From a virus: a DNA stretch of 64,000 nt. The notes beneath the pieces were generated by a model. It ran no database searches and had not been told where the DNA came from. It was given only the letters and a program-made list of their open reading frames with translations. This document shows positions 39,974-50,236 of this stretch, piece after piece (position 1 is the first letter of the stretch; each line of letters begins with the position of its first letter). The position numbers were made by a program, and so were the translations under genes. Location: IMG/VR virus record IMGVR_UViG_3300045988_124082; one strand, given 5' to 3'.

Positions 39974-40963
39974 GTGAGCAATAGGGAAGGACACGAACAA
40001 GAAATTGAAGCAAAGACCAGAGAAAAACTTAAGGATTTGCCAGACTATTTGAACCAGTTCTATTATAGAATGACAGCAAATGGAATGCAGGCAACTACGA
40101 AAAGAAGTTACATTGGTTATTGTGTAAATTTCTTAAAGTATTTTTCTCCTGATTTGAGCATAGATCCAAACGATATAACAGATAGTGATATTGACAAATA
40201 TATGGATTCAATCACTTATATAAATGGTAAGAAAGCTTCGGTGTCTAGTAGGGCAACGAAGCTTTCTGCTTTAAAAACATTCTTTGGATTTATGAAAGAA
40301 AGGGGAATTATAGAAAGAGATCCAACTAAAAGTATTAGGCCACCTAAGAATAAAGGACTTAATCCTGTTGTATACTTAACAGAAACAGAAATTAAGATGG
40401 TTGAGCACACAATTCGTACTGGAGCAGGATCTCATAAAGCAAAAGCCAAACAAAAGAAATGGCGGAATAGAGATTTAGCCATTTACTTTTTATTCTTATC
40501 AACCGGGATAAGGGTAGAAGCCTTGTCTGAGATTGATGTCGAAGACATTGACTTTCACGATAAAAAACTAATTGTTATAGACAAAGGTGAGAAAGAAATA
40601 ATACATTTTTTGTCTGACCAGTTGATAGAATATATACAGATTTGGCTCGAAGATAGAGAAAAGTTTTTAACAGAAAAAGGTAAAGAAGAAAAAGCGTTAT
40701 TTCTTAATACTTCTTTAAACAGGTTGGGAGCAACAGGTATAAGAAGAATGATAAAGAAATATACAGCAAATTTAGATAAAAAAATCACTCCACATAAATT
40801 AAGAAGTACATTTGCAACTATGATTTATCAAAAGACAGGGGACATTTATTTAGCTTCTCAGATGATAGCTCACGAAAATATTAACACAACAAAGCGATAT
40901 GCAGCTTGTGTTGAAGAGAGCAAGAGAGAAGCATCAGATATGATAGGAGATGTCCTTTTTTAA
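39974..40963 (+). CDS. Tyrosine recombinase/integrase (XerC/D-like)
   Basis: Catalytic pattern TGIRVEAL ... HKLRSTFAT ... HENINTTKRY; N-terminal SAM-like domain. Confidence 0.8.
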   Translation: MSNREGHEQEIEAKTREKLKDLPDYLNQFYYRMTANGMQATTKRSYIGYCVNFLKYFSPDLSIDPNDITDSDIDKYMDSITYINGKKASVSSRATKLSALKTFFGFMKERGIIERDPTKSIRPPKNKGLNPVVYLTETEIKMVEHTIRTGAGSHKAKAKQKKWRNRDLAIYFLFLSTGIRVEALSEIDVEDIDFHDKKLIVIDKGEKEIIHFLSDQLIEYIQIWLEDREKFLTEKGKEEKALFLNTSLNRLGATGIRRMIKKYTANLDKKITPHKLRSTFATMIYQKTGDIYLASQMIAHENINTTKRYAACVEESKREASDMIGDVLF

Positions 40964-40979
40964 TAAGGAGGAGTGCTTT

Positions 40980-41321
40980 ATGTGCATGAGGGGAGATATT
41001 TATTGTGTTGAATTAAAGAGTTATGAAAAACACGTACAAAAAGGAAAGCGACCAGTATTGGTCATCAGTAATAACAAAAACAACTTTAATAGTCCAGTCG
41101 TTACCGTGGTGCCTTTTACATCTGTAACAAAGAAAATGGATTTGGACACACATGTAGTTATTTATAAGAGCTTTGGATTACGATTGGATTCTATGGCTCT
41201 TGGTGAACAGATTATGCCTATCGATAAAAGCAGGCTTACAGAAGATAATTTGATAGGTCACATAGACGACAAAAGGCTTTTAGAGAAAATAAAAGAAGCA
41301 TGTATTTGCCAGATTTCATAG
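40980..41321 (+). CDS. PemK/MazF-family toxin-like endoribonuclease
   Basis: RGDIYCVEL...GKRPVLVISNN...VVTVVPFTS; RBS AAGGAGGAG. Confidence 0.75.
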   Translation: MCMRGDIYCVELKSYEKHVQKGKRPVLVISNNKNNFNSPVVTVVPFTSVTKKMDLDTHVVIYKSFGLRLDSMALGEQIMPIDKSRLTEDNLIGHIDDKRLLEKIKEACICQIS

Positions 41322-41377
41322 AATCATTATAAATTATATGGTAAGATAAGAAAAGATATATAGAAAGTTGGTGGAAC

Positions 41378-42172
41378 ATGATTATTACAGAGACCAATAA
41401 TGAAACAATTGTAGAAAATTTGAAAAAGCTTCTTGAATACAGGGTTGGGTTGACAAAGTATTTAAGAAAAATAGTTAGTAATTTTGATATAGACTTGGTT
41501 AGATTGTCACAAATTGTATCAGGTCAGGTTAAGCTAAATGAAATAACATTATATGAATATTATGCAATTTGTTGGGGATTCATAGCTTTTAATAAAGAAA
41601 GACATAACTTTTTTAAGACTATTGATCTAAAAGAAGCGACTATTGATTTAAGTTCAAAAACAATAAAGATTTCTCACCATGTAGAAAAAAATAGAATATT
41701 AGAGGTTGTGCCTCAAAAGTATTACACAATCAGATCTTCTATTAAAGAATTAAATATGTTGACTCACAATGGACTGATAAAAGAAACAGATGTTATAAAA
41801 CAAACATTGATATCTCATGATGGTAGATCAGGGTCTTTAGGTTATGGAAGCAAACGTAGCATAGATGAAATCAGAAATATGATACTAAAGGGAACATATT
41901 GGAGTGTTCCGATCACCATAGGCACAATTAAGAATGACATCAAAATAGAAAATGGTGATTTGGTAATTGCCGGAACCTATGAGGTGATAGATGGATACCA
42001 TACTTTCATGGCATTTAAGGGAATCAGCGAAGAAAAAGATTTTCCAGTGATATTAAATGTAGTAAAGCTAGAAGATCAGAATGAAATGGAAAGCATCATT
42101 CTTCAAATGGATCATAAAAATACTGTTTGGAAAAATAGTTATGCAAAGAAAGGGGATCCCTATGGAGAATAA
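41378..42172 (+). CDS. Hypothetical protein (N-terminal HTH-like segment; IDGYHTF ParB/Srx-like motif, weak)
   Basis: ORF; motif reading only. Confidence 0.5.
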   Translation: MIITETNNETIVENLKKLLEYRVGLTKYLRKIVSNFDIDLVRLSQIVSGQVKLNEITLYEYYAICWGFIAFNKERHNFFKTIDLKEATIDLSSKTIKISHHVEKNRILEVVPQKYYTIRSSIKELNMLTHNGLIKETDVIKQTLISHDGRSGSLGYGSKRSIDEIRNMILKGTYWSVPITIGTIKNDIKIENGDLVIAGTYEVIDGYHTFMAFKGISEEKDFPVILNVVKLEDQNEMESIILQMDHKNTVWKNSYAKKGDPYGE

Positions 42173-43028
42173 GACTTTTATTGATCAGATGGGAGAGAAT
42201 GGATACACAATTAATGATGTAACATTCTTTTTAGATATGGTTAAATTATACGAAGAACATTACCAGATGTCTATTGCAGATTTTGATATAAATAAAATCA
42301 ACAGTATGCTTAATATTTTAAGTCCTAAAAATTCATTAGAAATCAATGGTCTAAAAGGCTTGTTGGAGTGCTATTTTAAATATCTAAACGCAAGTATGAA
42401 ATTCAATCCAAAAGATATAAAGATTAAAATTCCTTACTATCTTATGTGTGAAGATAAAATACAAAGCGAAGAAGAGATTTTAAGCCAGATTCGCAAGTTG
42501 GATAATCCAATAGATAAAGTTATCTTGGCATGTCCTTATTATGGGATAGGTGGAACAGGCATGAGCGAGCTTTTAGGAATAATGAGCTATGATATGGACT
42601 ATGAAAATAATCAGGTTGCTGTGTATAAACAAAAAATTGATCCAAACAAAAGAGTGGTTATTGATTTACCAAAGGAAACAATTTTATGGATGAAAGAGGC
42701 TATAGAATGTGTTGAATGTAATGGAGAAATGTTTATACAAGATGATCATCTTATTAAGAAAAGAGTTACAAGCAAAGGAGATGATCGAAAGAAATGGATT
42801 GATCAAAGAATGAAGCGAATCAATGAAGAGCTAGGCACTCAGTATTCATTTGCATTATTAAGGCGAACAGGATTGATCAATTCTTTTAGAGCTGCGGCAG
42901 AACAATATCATATCAACTTGGATGCGATACTTAATTCAGAAATTGGTGTGAGGATTATGACACAATACTCGTATCAGACTCGAAGAAAGGCAGTGTTGTT
43001 AAATAAATACAAAGAATATGTTGATTAA
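42162..43028 (+). CDS. Hypothetical protein
   Basis: ATG 42162 (MENKTFIDQ) overlaps the previous stop and is preferred over 42081. Confidence 0.55.
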   Translation: MENKTFIDQMGENGYTINDVTFFLDMVKLYEEHYQMSIADFDINKINSMLNILSPKNSLEINGLKGLLECYFKYLNASMKFNPKDIKIKIPYYLMCEDKIQSEEEILSQIRKLDNPIDKVILACPYYGIGGTGMSELLGIMSYDMDYENNQVAVYKQKIDPNKRVVIDLPKETILWMKEAIECVECNGEMFIQDDHLIKKRVTSKGDDRKKWIDQRMKRINEELGTQYSFALLRRTGLINSFRAAAEQYHINLDAILNSEIGVRIMTQYSYQTRRKAVLLNKYKEYVD

Positions 43029-43031
43029 CTT

Positions 43032-43063
43032 GGAAGTGGTAAATATTACCACTTCCTTTTTTT
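43032..43063 (+). terminator. Rho-independent terminator
   Basis: GGAAGTGGTA-aatat-TACCACTTCC followed by T7. Confidence 0.85.
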
Positions 43064-43139
43064 ATGCAAATGCTTCACAATATGAATGGAACATGGTAAT
43101 ATATAAAAAGAACATACGTTCGATAGGAGGTGCTACGAT

Positions 43140-43520
43140 ATGAAAGAAGCAAAAATAAACATCAGAGTGGTAACAGAAGAGGGGGACTACATTGTCGCTG
43201 GAAATGTTAGCACAGATTTTAAATTAGCTGCACAAATAAAACGATTATATAATGAAGTTTTATCTGAAAGCGAATTGGTCAAAGTTAAATATAAAAGTGA
43301 GGATGATAGTGTTCTAGTTGAACAGGATTATTATTATCCAACTATTAATATAGAAGAGAACATTGTAAGTATATTTGATTCAAGAGGCGGAAAAGATATG
43401 TCAATCCAATTGCCCGCAATAACAGATATGATTTTTAAAGAAGGAAATGGGCGTTTTGATTATACTATAACATTAAAATTACATAGTGGTAAGATTATTT
43501 TTAGTGGAATTTTAGAATAG
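43140..43520 (+). CDS. Hypothetical protein
   Basis: RBS TAGGAGGTG. Confidence 0.65.
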   Translation: MKEAKINIRVVTEEGDYIVAGNVSTDFKLAAQIKRLYNEVLSESELVKVKYKSEDDSVLVEQDYYYPTINIEENIVSIFDSRGGKDMSIQLPAITDMIFKEGNGRFDYTITLKLHSGKIIFSGILE

Positions 43521-43627
43521 TCGAGCAGACTTCCCACATTAATTGAAGCTGAATATCGTAGGCACAGCCTAGTGTTTTATGGGGGTAGTAAAATACTCAT
43601 ATATGCATAGAAGGATAAGGCAACAAC

Positions 43628-43659
43628 AAGCAGTCATGAATTGTTCATGGCTGCTTTTG
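43628..43659 (+). terminator. Rho-independent terminator
   Basis: AAGCAGTCATGAA-ttg-TTCATGGCTGCTT followed by T's. Confidence 0.7.
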
Positions 43660-43786
43660 TTATATAAAAATTTATTTTAAAGAAAGGAGACAAAAGAAAT
43701 GAAAAGGAACAAAGCAAGAGGTTCAGTCCCAATTGGAGACTAAGCAGAAGGAAATTCTTAATGGTAACCAATCGGGGATTGGAACA

Positions 43787-43984
43787 ATGATGGATAGCAC
43801 AAGAGTAATTAAACCAAGTGTAAATTATCGATACAAAAAGAAATGGCAGTGCAAAAAATGTGGTCATATCTTTAGAGCTGGAGAAGCTCATAAAAAGTAT
43901 CGTAATTATGCAGGTATTCAATTATTTGATATGTGTTGCCCAAAGTGCGAATCAAAAGATTTGTACTCAATGATTCATAACTAA
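43787..43984 (+). CDS. Zinc-ribbon protein (start uncertain)
   Basis: CKKCGH...CCPKCES. The strong RBS upstream serves a 14-codon ORF in another frame (43699-43743). Confidence 0.45.
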   Translation: MMDSTRVIKPSVNYRYKKKWQCKKCGHIFRAGEAHKKYRNYAGIQLFDMCCPKCESKDLYSMIHN

Positions 43985-44015
43985 AAACTATTTAAGAAAC
44001 AAGGAGAAAAAATTA

Positions 44016-44927
44016 ATGGAACAGACAACAATCTTTTTATCACAGGCAACAGCAAAAGCTTACACAGAAGGAGTTTTATCCGAAATCAAACTTGAAATTG
44101 TTAAAGATGAGAAAGATGGAGGAAATAAAGTAGAAGGATACATCACAATTAAAACAGATGATATCAATTATACTACTTACAATATCAGTGCAAAAGCTAC
44201 AACAAAAGCAGGTAAGCCAAGTAAATCTTATGAAAATCTGGTTGCATTTATGGGAAGAGCTCACTCTATCGCTGAAGTTGGAGAAGAGGAAGCTACAAAA
44301 GTAAGAGTTAATGGACAGGTAAATCCATGGACATCTTTTAACCAGATGGGTGCAAAAACTCATAAAGTAGGATACAAAACGGGATTTGTTTCAATTATCT
44401 CAGAACTAAAAGATCCACGTAGCACATTTGAAGTTGAGTGTTTCGTTCAGAGTGTTGATGATGAGTTTGATAAAGAAACTCAGGTTCCAACAGGAAGAGC
44501 AATTTTACATACGTTATTACCTATTTACAACAATGGAATTGAGCCATTAGATATTGTGGTACCTCAGGAATATGCAATGGCTTGTAAGCAGCTGTTTACT
44601 CAGCCAGGATGTCAGAGTGCCCATATTGTTGGTAATATTGGCAATACAAAAGAAGAAAAGAAAACTACAGTTGAATATCAGATTGGAGGAGCTGTAACAA
44701 AAACTCAGACGAAGAATGTTAATGAGCTTATCTTAACACATGCGGGAACAATGGAACAGCAGTATGAGTTGGAAACAATCCAGAGAGCAATTGCTGAATA
44801 TGATCTTGTCCTTGAATCCAAAAAGAAACGTGCAATGGAAAGCAATAAAGCAGGTGGCAATAAGACTATTGGTGGAACAACAATTGGTGCTAGTGCAGCT
44901 GCTGGACATAGAAACTTTGGATTTTAG
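44016..44927 (+). CDS. Hypothetical protein; candidate ssDNA-binding/recombination partner by position only
   Basis: RBS CAAGGAGAAAA. Sits immediately upstream of the Sak4-like ATPase. Confidence 0.6.
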   Translation: MEQTTIFLSQATAKAYTEGVLSEIKLEIVKDEKDGGNKVEGYITIKTDDINYTTYNISAKATTKAGKPSKSYENLVAFMGRAHSIAEVGEEEATKVRVNGQVNPWTSFNQMGAKTHKVGYKTGFVSIISELKDPRSTFEVECFVQSVDDEFDKETQVPTGRAILHTLLPIYNNGIEPLDIVVPQEYAMACKQLFTQPGCQSAHIVGNIGNTKEEKKTTVEYQIGGAVTKTQTKNVNELILTHAGTMEQQYELETIQRAIAEYDLVLESKKKRAMESNKAGGNKTIGGTTIGASAAAGHRNFGF

Positions 44928-44946
44928 TCAATAGGAGGATAAGTGA

Positions 44947-45939
44947 ATGCAGATTTTAGATATTTTTAATCCACAGGTAAGTCAGGTAGCTCATGGTTTA
45001 GAAGGAAAAATTATTATGCTTTATGGTGGTAACTCAACCGGTAAAACATATCAGTCAGTTAGGATGGACAAACCATTTGTACTGGCGTGTGAATCTGGAT
45101 TGAATGCTCAGAATGGGGTACCTTATGCAAACATTCATACATGGGCAGATTTCTTGAATGTTATTAATCAGCTGACAAACCCAACAACAATTGATAAAGC
45201 AAAAGAATTATACTCAACCATTATTATAGATGAAGTTTATGCATCAGCTCAGTTCTGTCAGACTTACATCTGTAATAAACACAACTCTCCAAGCATTGGA
45301 GAAGGAAATGGTGGATATGGACTTTGGCAGTACTATGAAACTGAGTATTGGAAAGCAGTAAACTCAATTGTATCTTCTGGTTACACAGTAGTATTCATTG
45401 CTCATGCATCTGAAAACAAAGATGGAAAGATTATTCCTAAAGGAGATAAGAGGTCTATCACACCAATCATGGATAACTGTGATATTATCGCTTTCTTAAA
45501 TTCTAATGGAGTAGATGAACATGGTAAAGTTGTTCATTCTTCTGCTTACTTCGCAGAGACAGATGCTTACTTTGCAAGAAGTAGATTTGATTACATTGTG
45601 CCTTACATTGAAGATTTTACAGCTGAAAATCTAAGCAAAGCTATTCAGGATGCAATTGAAGCTCAGGAAGAAGCTGAAGGATTTGAGAGTGTATCATATG
45701 AAGTTCAGACACAGAATAAAACAATTGATAAGATTCCTTTTGATAAATTAAAAGAAGATGTAGTTGCTTTAGGAATGAATTTCTGTGAGGCAGGTCATCA
45801 AGAACGTCTACAGGAATTAATTGCTGATTGCCTAGGTGAAGGAAATTCAGTACAGGAAGCGACAGAGAGACAGTATGAATCATTAGAAATCTTACTGGCT
45901 AAATTAGAAGAACAGAAACAGAAGTTAGGTGTAGCTTAG
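44947..45939 (+). CDS. Sak4-like/AAA_24-type RecA-fold ATPase
   Basis: KIIMLYGGNSTGKTY (Walker A) and TIIIDEV (Walker B). Confidence 0.7.
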   Translation: MQILDIFNPQVSQVAHGLEGKIIMLYGGNSTGKTYQSVRMDKPFVLACESGLNAQNGVPYANIHTWADFLNVINQLTNPTTIDKAKELYSTIIIDEVYASAQFCQTYICNKHNSPSIGEGNGGYGLWQYYETEYWKAVNSIVSSGYTVVFIAHASENKDGKIIPKGDKRSITPIMDNCDIIAFLNSNGVDEHGKVVHSSAYFAETDAYFARSRFDYIVPYIEDFTAENLSKAIQDAIEAQEEAEGFESVSYEVQTQNKTIDKIPFDKLKEDVVALGMNFCEAGHQERLQELIADCLGEGNSVQEATERQYESLEILLAKLEEQKQKLGVA

Positions 45940-45955
45940 GCTACGCTTTTTTAGT

Positions 45956-46558
45956 TTGGAGGCAAATAGCTTGAGTAAAAGGAAATGTGTTATTTGCTCA
46001 AACTGGATAGAAAAAGGAGATGAGACGGTTCCTTATAAGAATCGTCTCGCCCATGTCCAGTGCTTTAATTCAATGATGAAAATGGCTGTAAAAAGCAATT
46101 CTGAGAAGAAAGCAGCTAAGAGTAAAAAGACTAAGAAAATTAATCCTAAGTCTACGGTCTTGGGAGATTGCTTGACAGAAGAGGAAAGCAAGCAAAAAAG
46201 ATCTTTGATCAATTATATTGAAGAGTTGTTTGGTGAAAGAGCAAACGCTAAGACATATACACAGATCAAAAATCTTATGAGAGATTATCCCTATTTTACT
46301 TATGTGGGATTGGAACAATCGATAAGGTTTTTCTATGAGATTAAAGAGAATCCGATTACTAATCAAGGTTTGGGAATAGTTCCCTATGTCTATGATCAGG
46401 CTCAGGAATACTTTAAGAATCTCTGCGAAGTACAGGCCCACAATGCTTCCATATCAAATATAAATGAGTTATACACTCATAAAAAAGTGAGAATAGCACC
46501 ACCTAAGATAGTGGAAGAAGAAAGTATAGAAAGAACTGGAGGTGGTTACGATTGGTAG
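45956..46558 (+). CDS. Hypothetical zinc-finger protein (possible helicase loader by position)
   Basis: TTG start; CVICSNW...HVQC. Confidence 0.5.
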   Translation: MEANSLSKRKCVICSNWIEKGDETVPYKNRLAHVQCFNSMMKMAVKSNSEKKAAKSKKTKKINPKSTVLGDCLTEEESKQKRSLINYIEELFGERANAKTYTQIKNLMRDYPYFTYVGLEQSIRFFYEIKENPITNQGLGIVPYVYDQAQEYFKNLCEVQAHNASISNINELYTHKKVRIAPPKIVEEESIERTGGGYDW

Positions 46559-47784
46559 GATTAATTAATAAGCGAGCCATTGTACAGGTGTTAGGCTGCT
46601 TATTAAATAAACCAGACCTGTTAGATACCTATTATATAGAAGAAATAGATGTTGACGAAGACTTTTATGTGTATATTTTGAATACGATTAAAGTTTTACA
46701 TAAGCAAAATGTACCAGTGATTGATGCATTTGCAATTGATTCTTATCTATCGTCTTATGATGCTCAGTATAAGATCTTTTCGATGAATAATGGTGTGGAT
46801 TACATAGAGAACGCTAAGAAAATAGCTGTTCTTGAGAACTTTGAGTACAACTACAAGACTCTTAAGAAGTTCACATTATTGAGATATTACGACTATAAGG
46901 GAACTGATATTAAATTCATTTATGATCCAACAAAGTTGAATCCTGAGGATCAGGAGAGAGAGACAAGGAAATTAGATGAATATACAGTAGATGAGATTAT
47001 CGAGCTTGTTGAGCTGGAAATGGTTACAAAGCCTAAGTTACATTTTAATACAGTTCAATCAGAACAGGGACAGTTAGCTGGATCTGGACTGAAAGAACTA
47101 AAAGAGAAATGGAAACAAGAGCCAGAGTTCGGTATTTCATTACAAAGTCCAACAATGAACACAATTGCTAGAGGAGCTCGATTGAAAAAGTTTTATTTGA
47201 GATCGGGTGGAACAGCTTCAGGTAAAACAAGAATGGCTGTTGGAGATGTTTGTACGTATTCTGTACCATGGTTTTATGATACTTTCGAGTGCGAATGGAA
47301 ATTTACAGGTTTCTCAGAGCCAGCTTTGTTTATCTCAACAGAATTAGAGGCAGATGAGATCCAGAGTATGATCATAGCTTTTGTAAGTGGTGTAAACGAA
47401 TCTAAAATCTTGGATGGTAAATATTCAGGAGATGAAGAAGAACGTGTAGATAAAGCTATTCAGTTTATTGAGAGCGCCCCTTTATATATTGAACACATTG
47501 ATGATTTTGATATTAACGATATTGAGAATCTGATCAAGAGATATAAAAAAGAAAAAGGTGTGCTGTATGTGAGCTTTGACTACATTCATACATCAGTAAA
47601 GTTGATCATGCAAATTGCCAGTATGTCAAAGGGAATGAAGTTACAAGAACATCAGATCTTATATATGTTTGCTATAAAGCTAAAAGAACTCTGCAATAAG
47701 TTGGGAGTACATATTGATTCAAGTACACAGCTTAATGGAGAGTATAAAAATGCAAGAGATAAAGATGAGACTCTCTTGCGAGGT
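46552..47784 (+). CDS. dnaB: DnaB-type replicative helicase, exon 1
   Basis: Walker A GGTASGKT. The exon is exactly 411 codons and ends ...ETLLRG. The track ORF reads 16 further codons into the intron before a stop. Confidence 0.75.
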
Positions 47785-48749
47785 ACAGAAGTGCCTGTAA
47801 CTCCTTATCCGTTTATCAGCGGGGTATTTTAATAATGCTAACGGGGAAGTCTTACCATGTAAAGATGAAGATAATCCCGTGTCATGGCTAATGTGTAAGG
47901 AAGGAGTAAAATTTGTACAATAAAAAATTAAATATATCTGGGATATATGTTATAACGAATGACGTAAATGGAAAACAGTATGTGGGAGCGTCAAAAAATA
48001 TAGAGAAAAGGTGGAGCGACCATAGGTCTAAGTCCATCCATCCTAGAAAAAAGGATGAATTTGACAGTAAATTTTACAAAGCCATTAGAGAATATGGATT
48101 GGAACATTTTGACATAGAAGTGTTAGAGCAGTGTAGTGAAACAGAAATGTTTGATAGAGAAATATACTGGGTTAAAAAATTAAATACTTTCCAAAATGGC
48201 TACAACAATGACTACGGTGGGTATAAAGTTTGTGAAACACATATCCATAGAGGAGAAGACCATGGAAGGGCAGCACTAACTAAACAGGAAGTGATAGACT
48301 GTAGAAAATTATACGCCCAAGGAGAATCTTCAAGAGAGGTATATGAAAAATCTTATAAAGATAAAATTACATATAGTGGCTTCCAAAGAATGTGGCATGG
48401 AAAGAGCTGGAAAGATGTAATGCCAGAAGTGTTCCGAAATAATCCAAGACCCAAAAAGAAAGCAACAGATGATGATATTAGAACTATTAGACAGAGATTT
48501 GACAATGGAGAAGGTTGTTATTCAATTTCTAAAGATTATAAAGGTAAATTGGCTTATGCAACAGTTTACGATATTGCACATAGGAACAGATTTAAAGACG
48601 TAAATTAAAAATTGTACACATTAGCAGCGATGTATCGACTAACCCAGCAATGGGAGTAGGAGAGCTATTGATACGCTTTCCCAAACAGGGTTCTTACGGA
48701 AACGTAAGTAAGAGATAGTCAGCGCTCATAGAAATATGGGATTAACGTG
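47785..48749 (+). mobile_element. Group I intron (965 nt) carrying a GIY-YIG homing endonuclease
   Basis: The 5' exon ends in T and the intron ends in G. The P1 candidate pairs AGGT with GCCT (47794-47797). GCTAACGG at 47837 and GAGATAGTC at 48711 are shared with the polymerase introns. Joining the exons gives LLRG-AKSIADKIDIG, which fits the DnaB LRxSGxIEQDAD region. Confidence 0.7.
47913..48608 (+). CDS. GIY-YIG homing endonuclease (intron-encoded)
   Basis: SGIYVITNDVNGKQYVGAS...RWSDH...YGLEHFDIEVLE...EIYWVKKLNT. TTG start behind AAGGAAGGAG. Confidence 0.8.
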   Translation: MYNKKLNISGIYVITNDVNGKQYVGASKNIEKRWSDHRSKSIHPRKKDEFDSKFYKAIREYGLEHFDIEVLEQCSETEMFDREIYWVKKLNTFQNGYNNDYGGYKVCETHIHRGEDHGRAALTKQEVIDCRKLYAQGESSREVYEKSYKDKITYSGFQRMWHGKSWKDVMPEVFRNNPRPKKKATDDDIRTIRQRFDNGEGCYSISKDYKGKLAYATVYDIAHRNRFKDVN

Positions 48750-49115
48750 GCAAAAAGTATAGCAGATAAGATAGATATAGGTATTATATCAATGCCTCCG
48801 ACAAGAGAGGAACTCAAAGCAGTAGAACCAATCTTAGAAGACAGAGGCGTAACGATGAATCCAAACTTAATTTACCATATATATAAGGTAAGAAGAGGAA
48901 AGATTTCACGAGTTCGATTGTGGCTTCATGCAGATCTAGGCACATGTAGGTCATATGATTTGTTTGTAACAAACAATGATAATGAGCTTATACCGGTCGA
49001 ACAAATAACAATTGAAAATGTAGAACAGATTCTTGAAGATAACTCAGTAGAGCATGACGACATTCCATTAAATGAAGAAGAACACGATGAAGCTATTAAG
49101 CAGTTTTTCTTTTAG
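48750..49115 (+). CDS. dnaB: DnaB-type helicase, exon 2
   Basis: In frame when spliced to 47784 (AKSIADKIDIGIIS...). Confidence 0.7.
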   Translation, partial: AKSIADKIDIGIISMPPTREELKAVEPILEDRGVTMNPNLIYHIYKVRRGKISRVRLWLHADLGTCRSYDLFVTNNDNELIPVEQITIENVEQILEDNSVEHDDIPLNEEEHDEAIKQFFF

Positions 49116-49127
49116 GAGGTGTTTAAC

Positions 49128-50234
49128 ATGCAGAGTTTAGATAAGGATTTGATCAAGGAGAGCTTAACTCTTGATGATATTAGAGCAATCCTAAGGGATT
49201 TAGGATCGGAAGAACCGATCTTAGATGATAAAGGAAATTTAATTGCTCAGACAATATGTCATCATGGAAGCAAATTTAAGCTATATTATTATCCAGATTC
49301 TCGAATGTTTCATTGCTACACAGATTGTGGTGACTCATTTGACATTTATGAACTGGTAATTAGAAGCAAAAGAAGTGTAGGTATTACAATATCTTTTCCT
49401 CAAGCAGTGAGATACGTAGCAAATATATCTAATTTATTATTGTTTGAGAATGATGAGTTGGAACAATTCAAGGAACAGAAAATAGATGATTGGGGTTGGT
49501 TATCTAAGTTTACTCAAAAAGAAAAGAAATTTAGAAATCCAGGAGCAATCAGTGAGAATATACTTGAAATGTTTTGTTACAGACCTCATGAATTATGGAT
49601 TAAAGACAATATTAGTCCAGAATCCATGAAGAAATTTGAAATTAGCTATTGGGGCAAAGAGAATAAAATAATCATTCCTCATAGAGATATTTGTGGAAAT
49701 CTAATAGGTATCAGAGGAAGAAACTTAAATGAAGAAGAATTAGCAGCTGGACGAAAATATATGCCAATTACGGTGGAAGGAAAGACTTTGAAGCATAATT
49801 TGGGAGATACATTATATGGATTGTATCAAAACAAAGATGCAATTGTCCGATCTGGAAGATTGTTTTTGGTTGAAAGTGAAAAGTCTGTGTTGCAAATTGA
49901 AACAATGTATCCAGATTATAATTATGCATTGGCGGTATGTGGATCAAATCTGACAGATCATCAATGTGAGATTATAAAAAGCTTAGGTGTTGATCGATGT
50001 TATATTGCTTTTGATAAGGAATATATCGATCACAAAAGCAAAAGAGCATTGCTGTACTATGAAAAATTGTGCAAGCTTGCTGAGAAACTAAACCCATATA
50101 TGTCAGTTTACCTGATTATGGATCGACAGAATTTACTTCAAGAAAAAGATAGTCCTTCTGATAGAGGGAAAGAAATCTTTGAAAAGCTCTTAGATGATAA
50201 GATTGGAGTAAAGCCAAAAGAGAGAAAGGAGTAA
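49128..50234 (+). CDS. dnaG: DNA primase (DnaG-type; CHC2 zinc finger plus TOPRIM)
   Basis: CHHGSKFKLYYYPDSRMFHCYTDCG; LVESEKSVLQ; AFDKE. Confidence 0.8.
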   Translation: MQSLDKDLIKESLTLDDIRAILRDLGSEEPILDDKGNLIAQTICHHGSKFKLYYYPDSRMFHCYTDCGDSFDIYELVIRSKRSVGITISFPQAVRYVANISNLLLFENDELEQFKEQKIDDWGWLSKFTQKEKKFRNPGAISENILEMFCYRPHELWIKDNISPESMKKFEISYWGKENKIIIPHRDICGNLIGIRGRNLNEEELAAGRKYMPITVEGKTLKHNLGDTLYGLYQNKDAIVRSGRLFLVESEKSVLQIETMYPDYNYALAVCGSNLTDHQCEIIKSLGVDRCYIAFDKEYIDHKSKRALLYYEKLCKLAEKLNPYMSVYLIMDRQNLLQEKDSPSDRGKEIFEKLLDDKIGVKPKERKE

Positions 50235-50236
50235 CC

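Noticed and set aside
40980-41321. Complete MazEF toxin-antitoxin pair
   Set aside because: There is no small antitoxin ORF upstream (the integrase ends 17 nt before the toxin start). The downstream gene is a 264-aa protein unlike MazE/PemI. It is therefore reported only as an orphan toxin-like gene.
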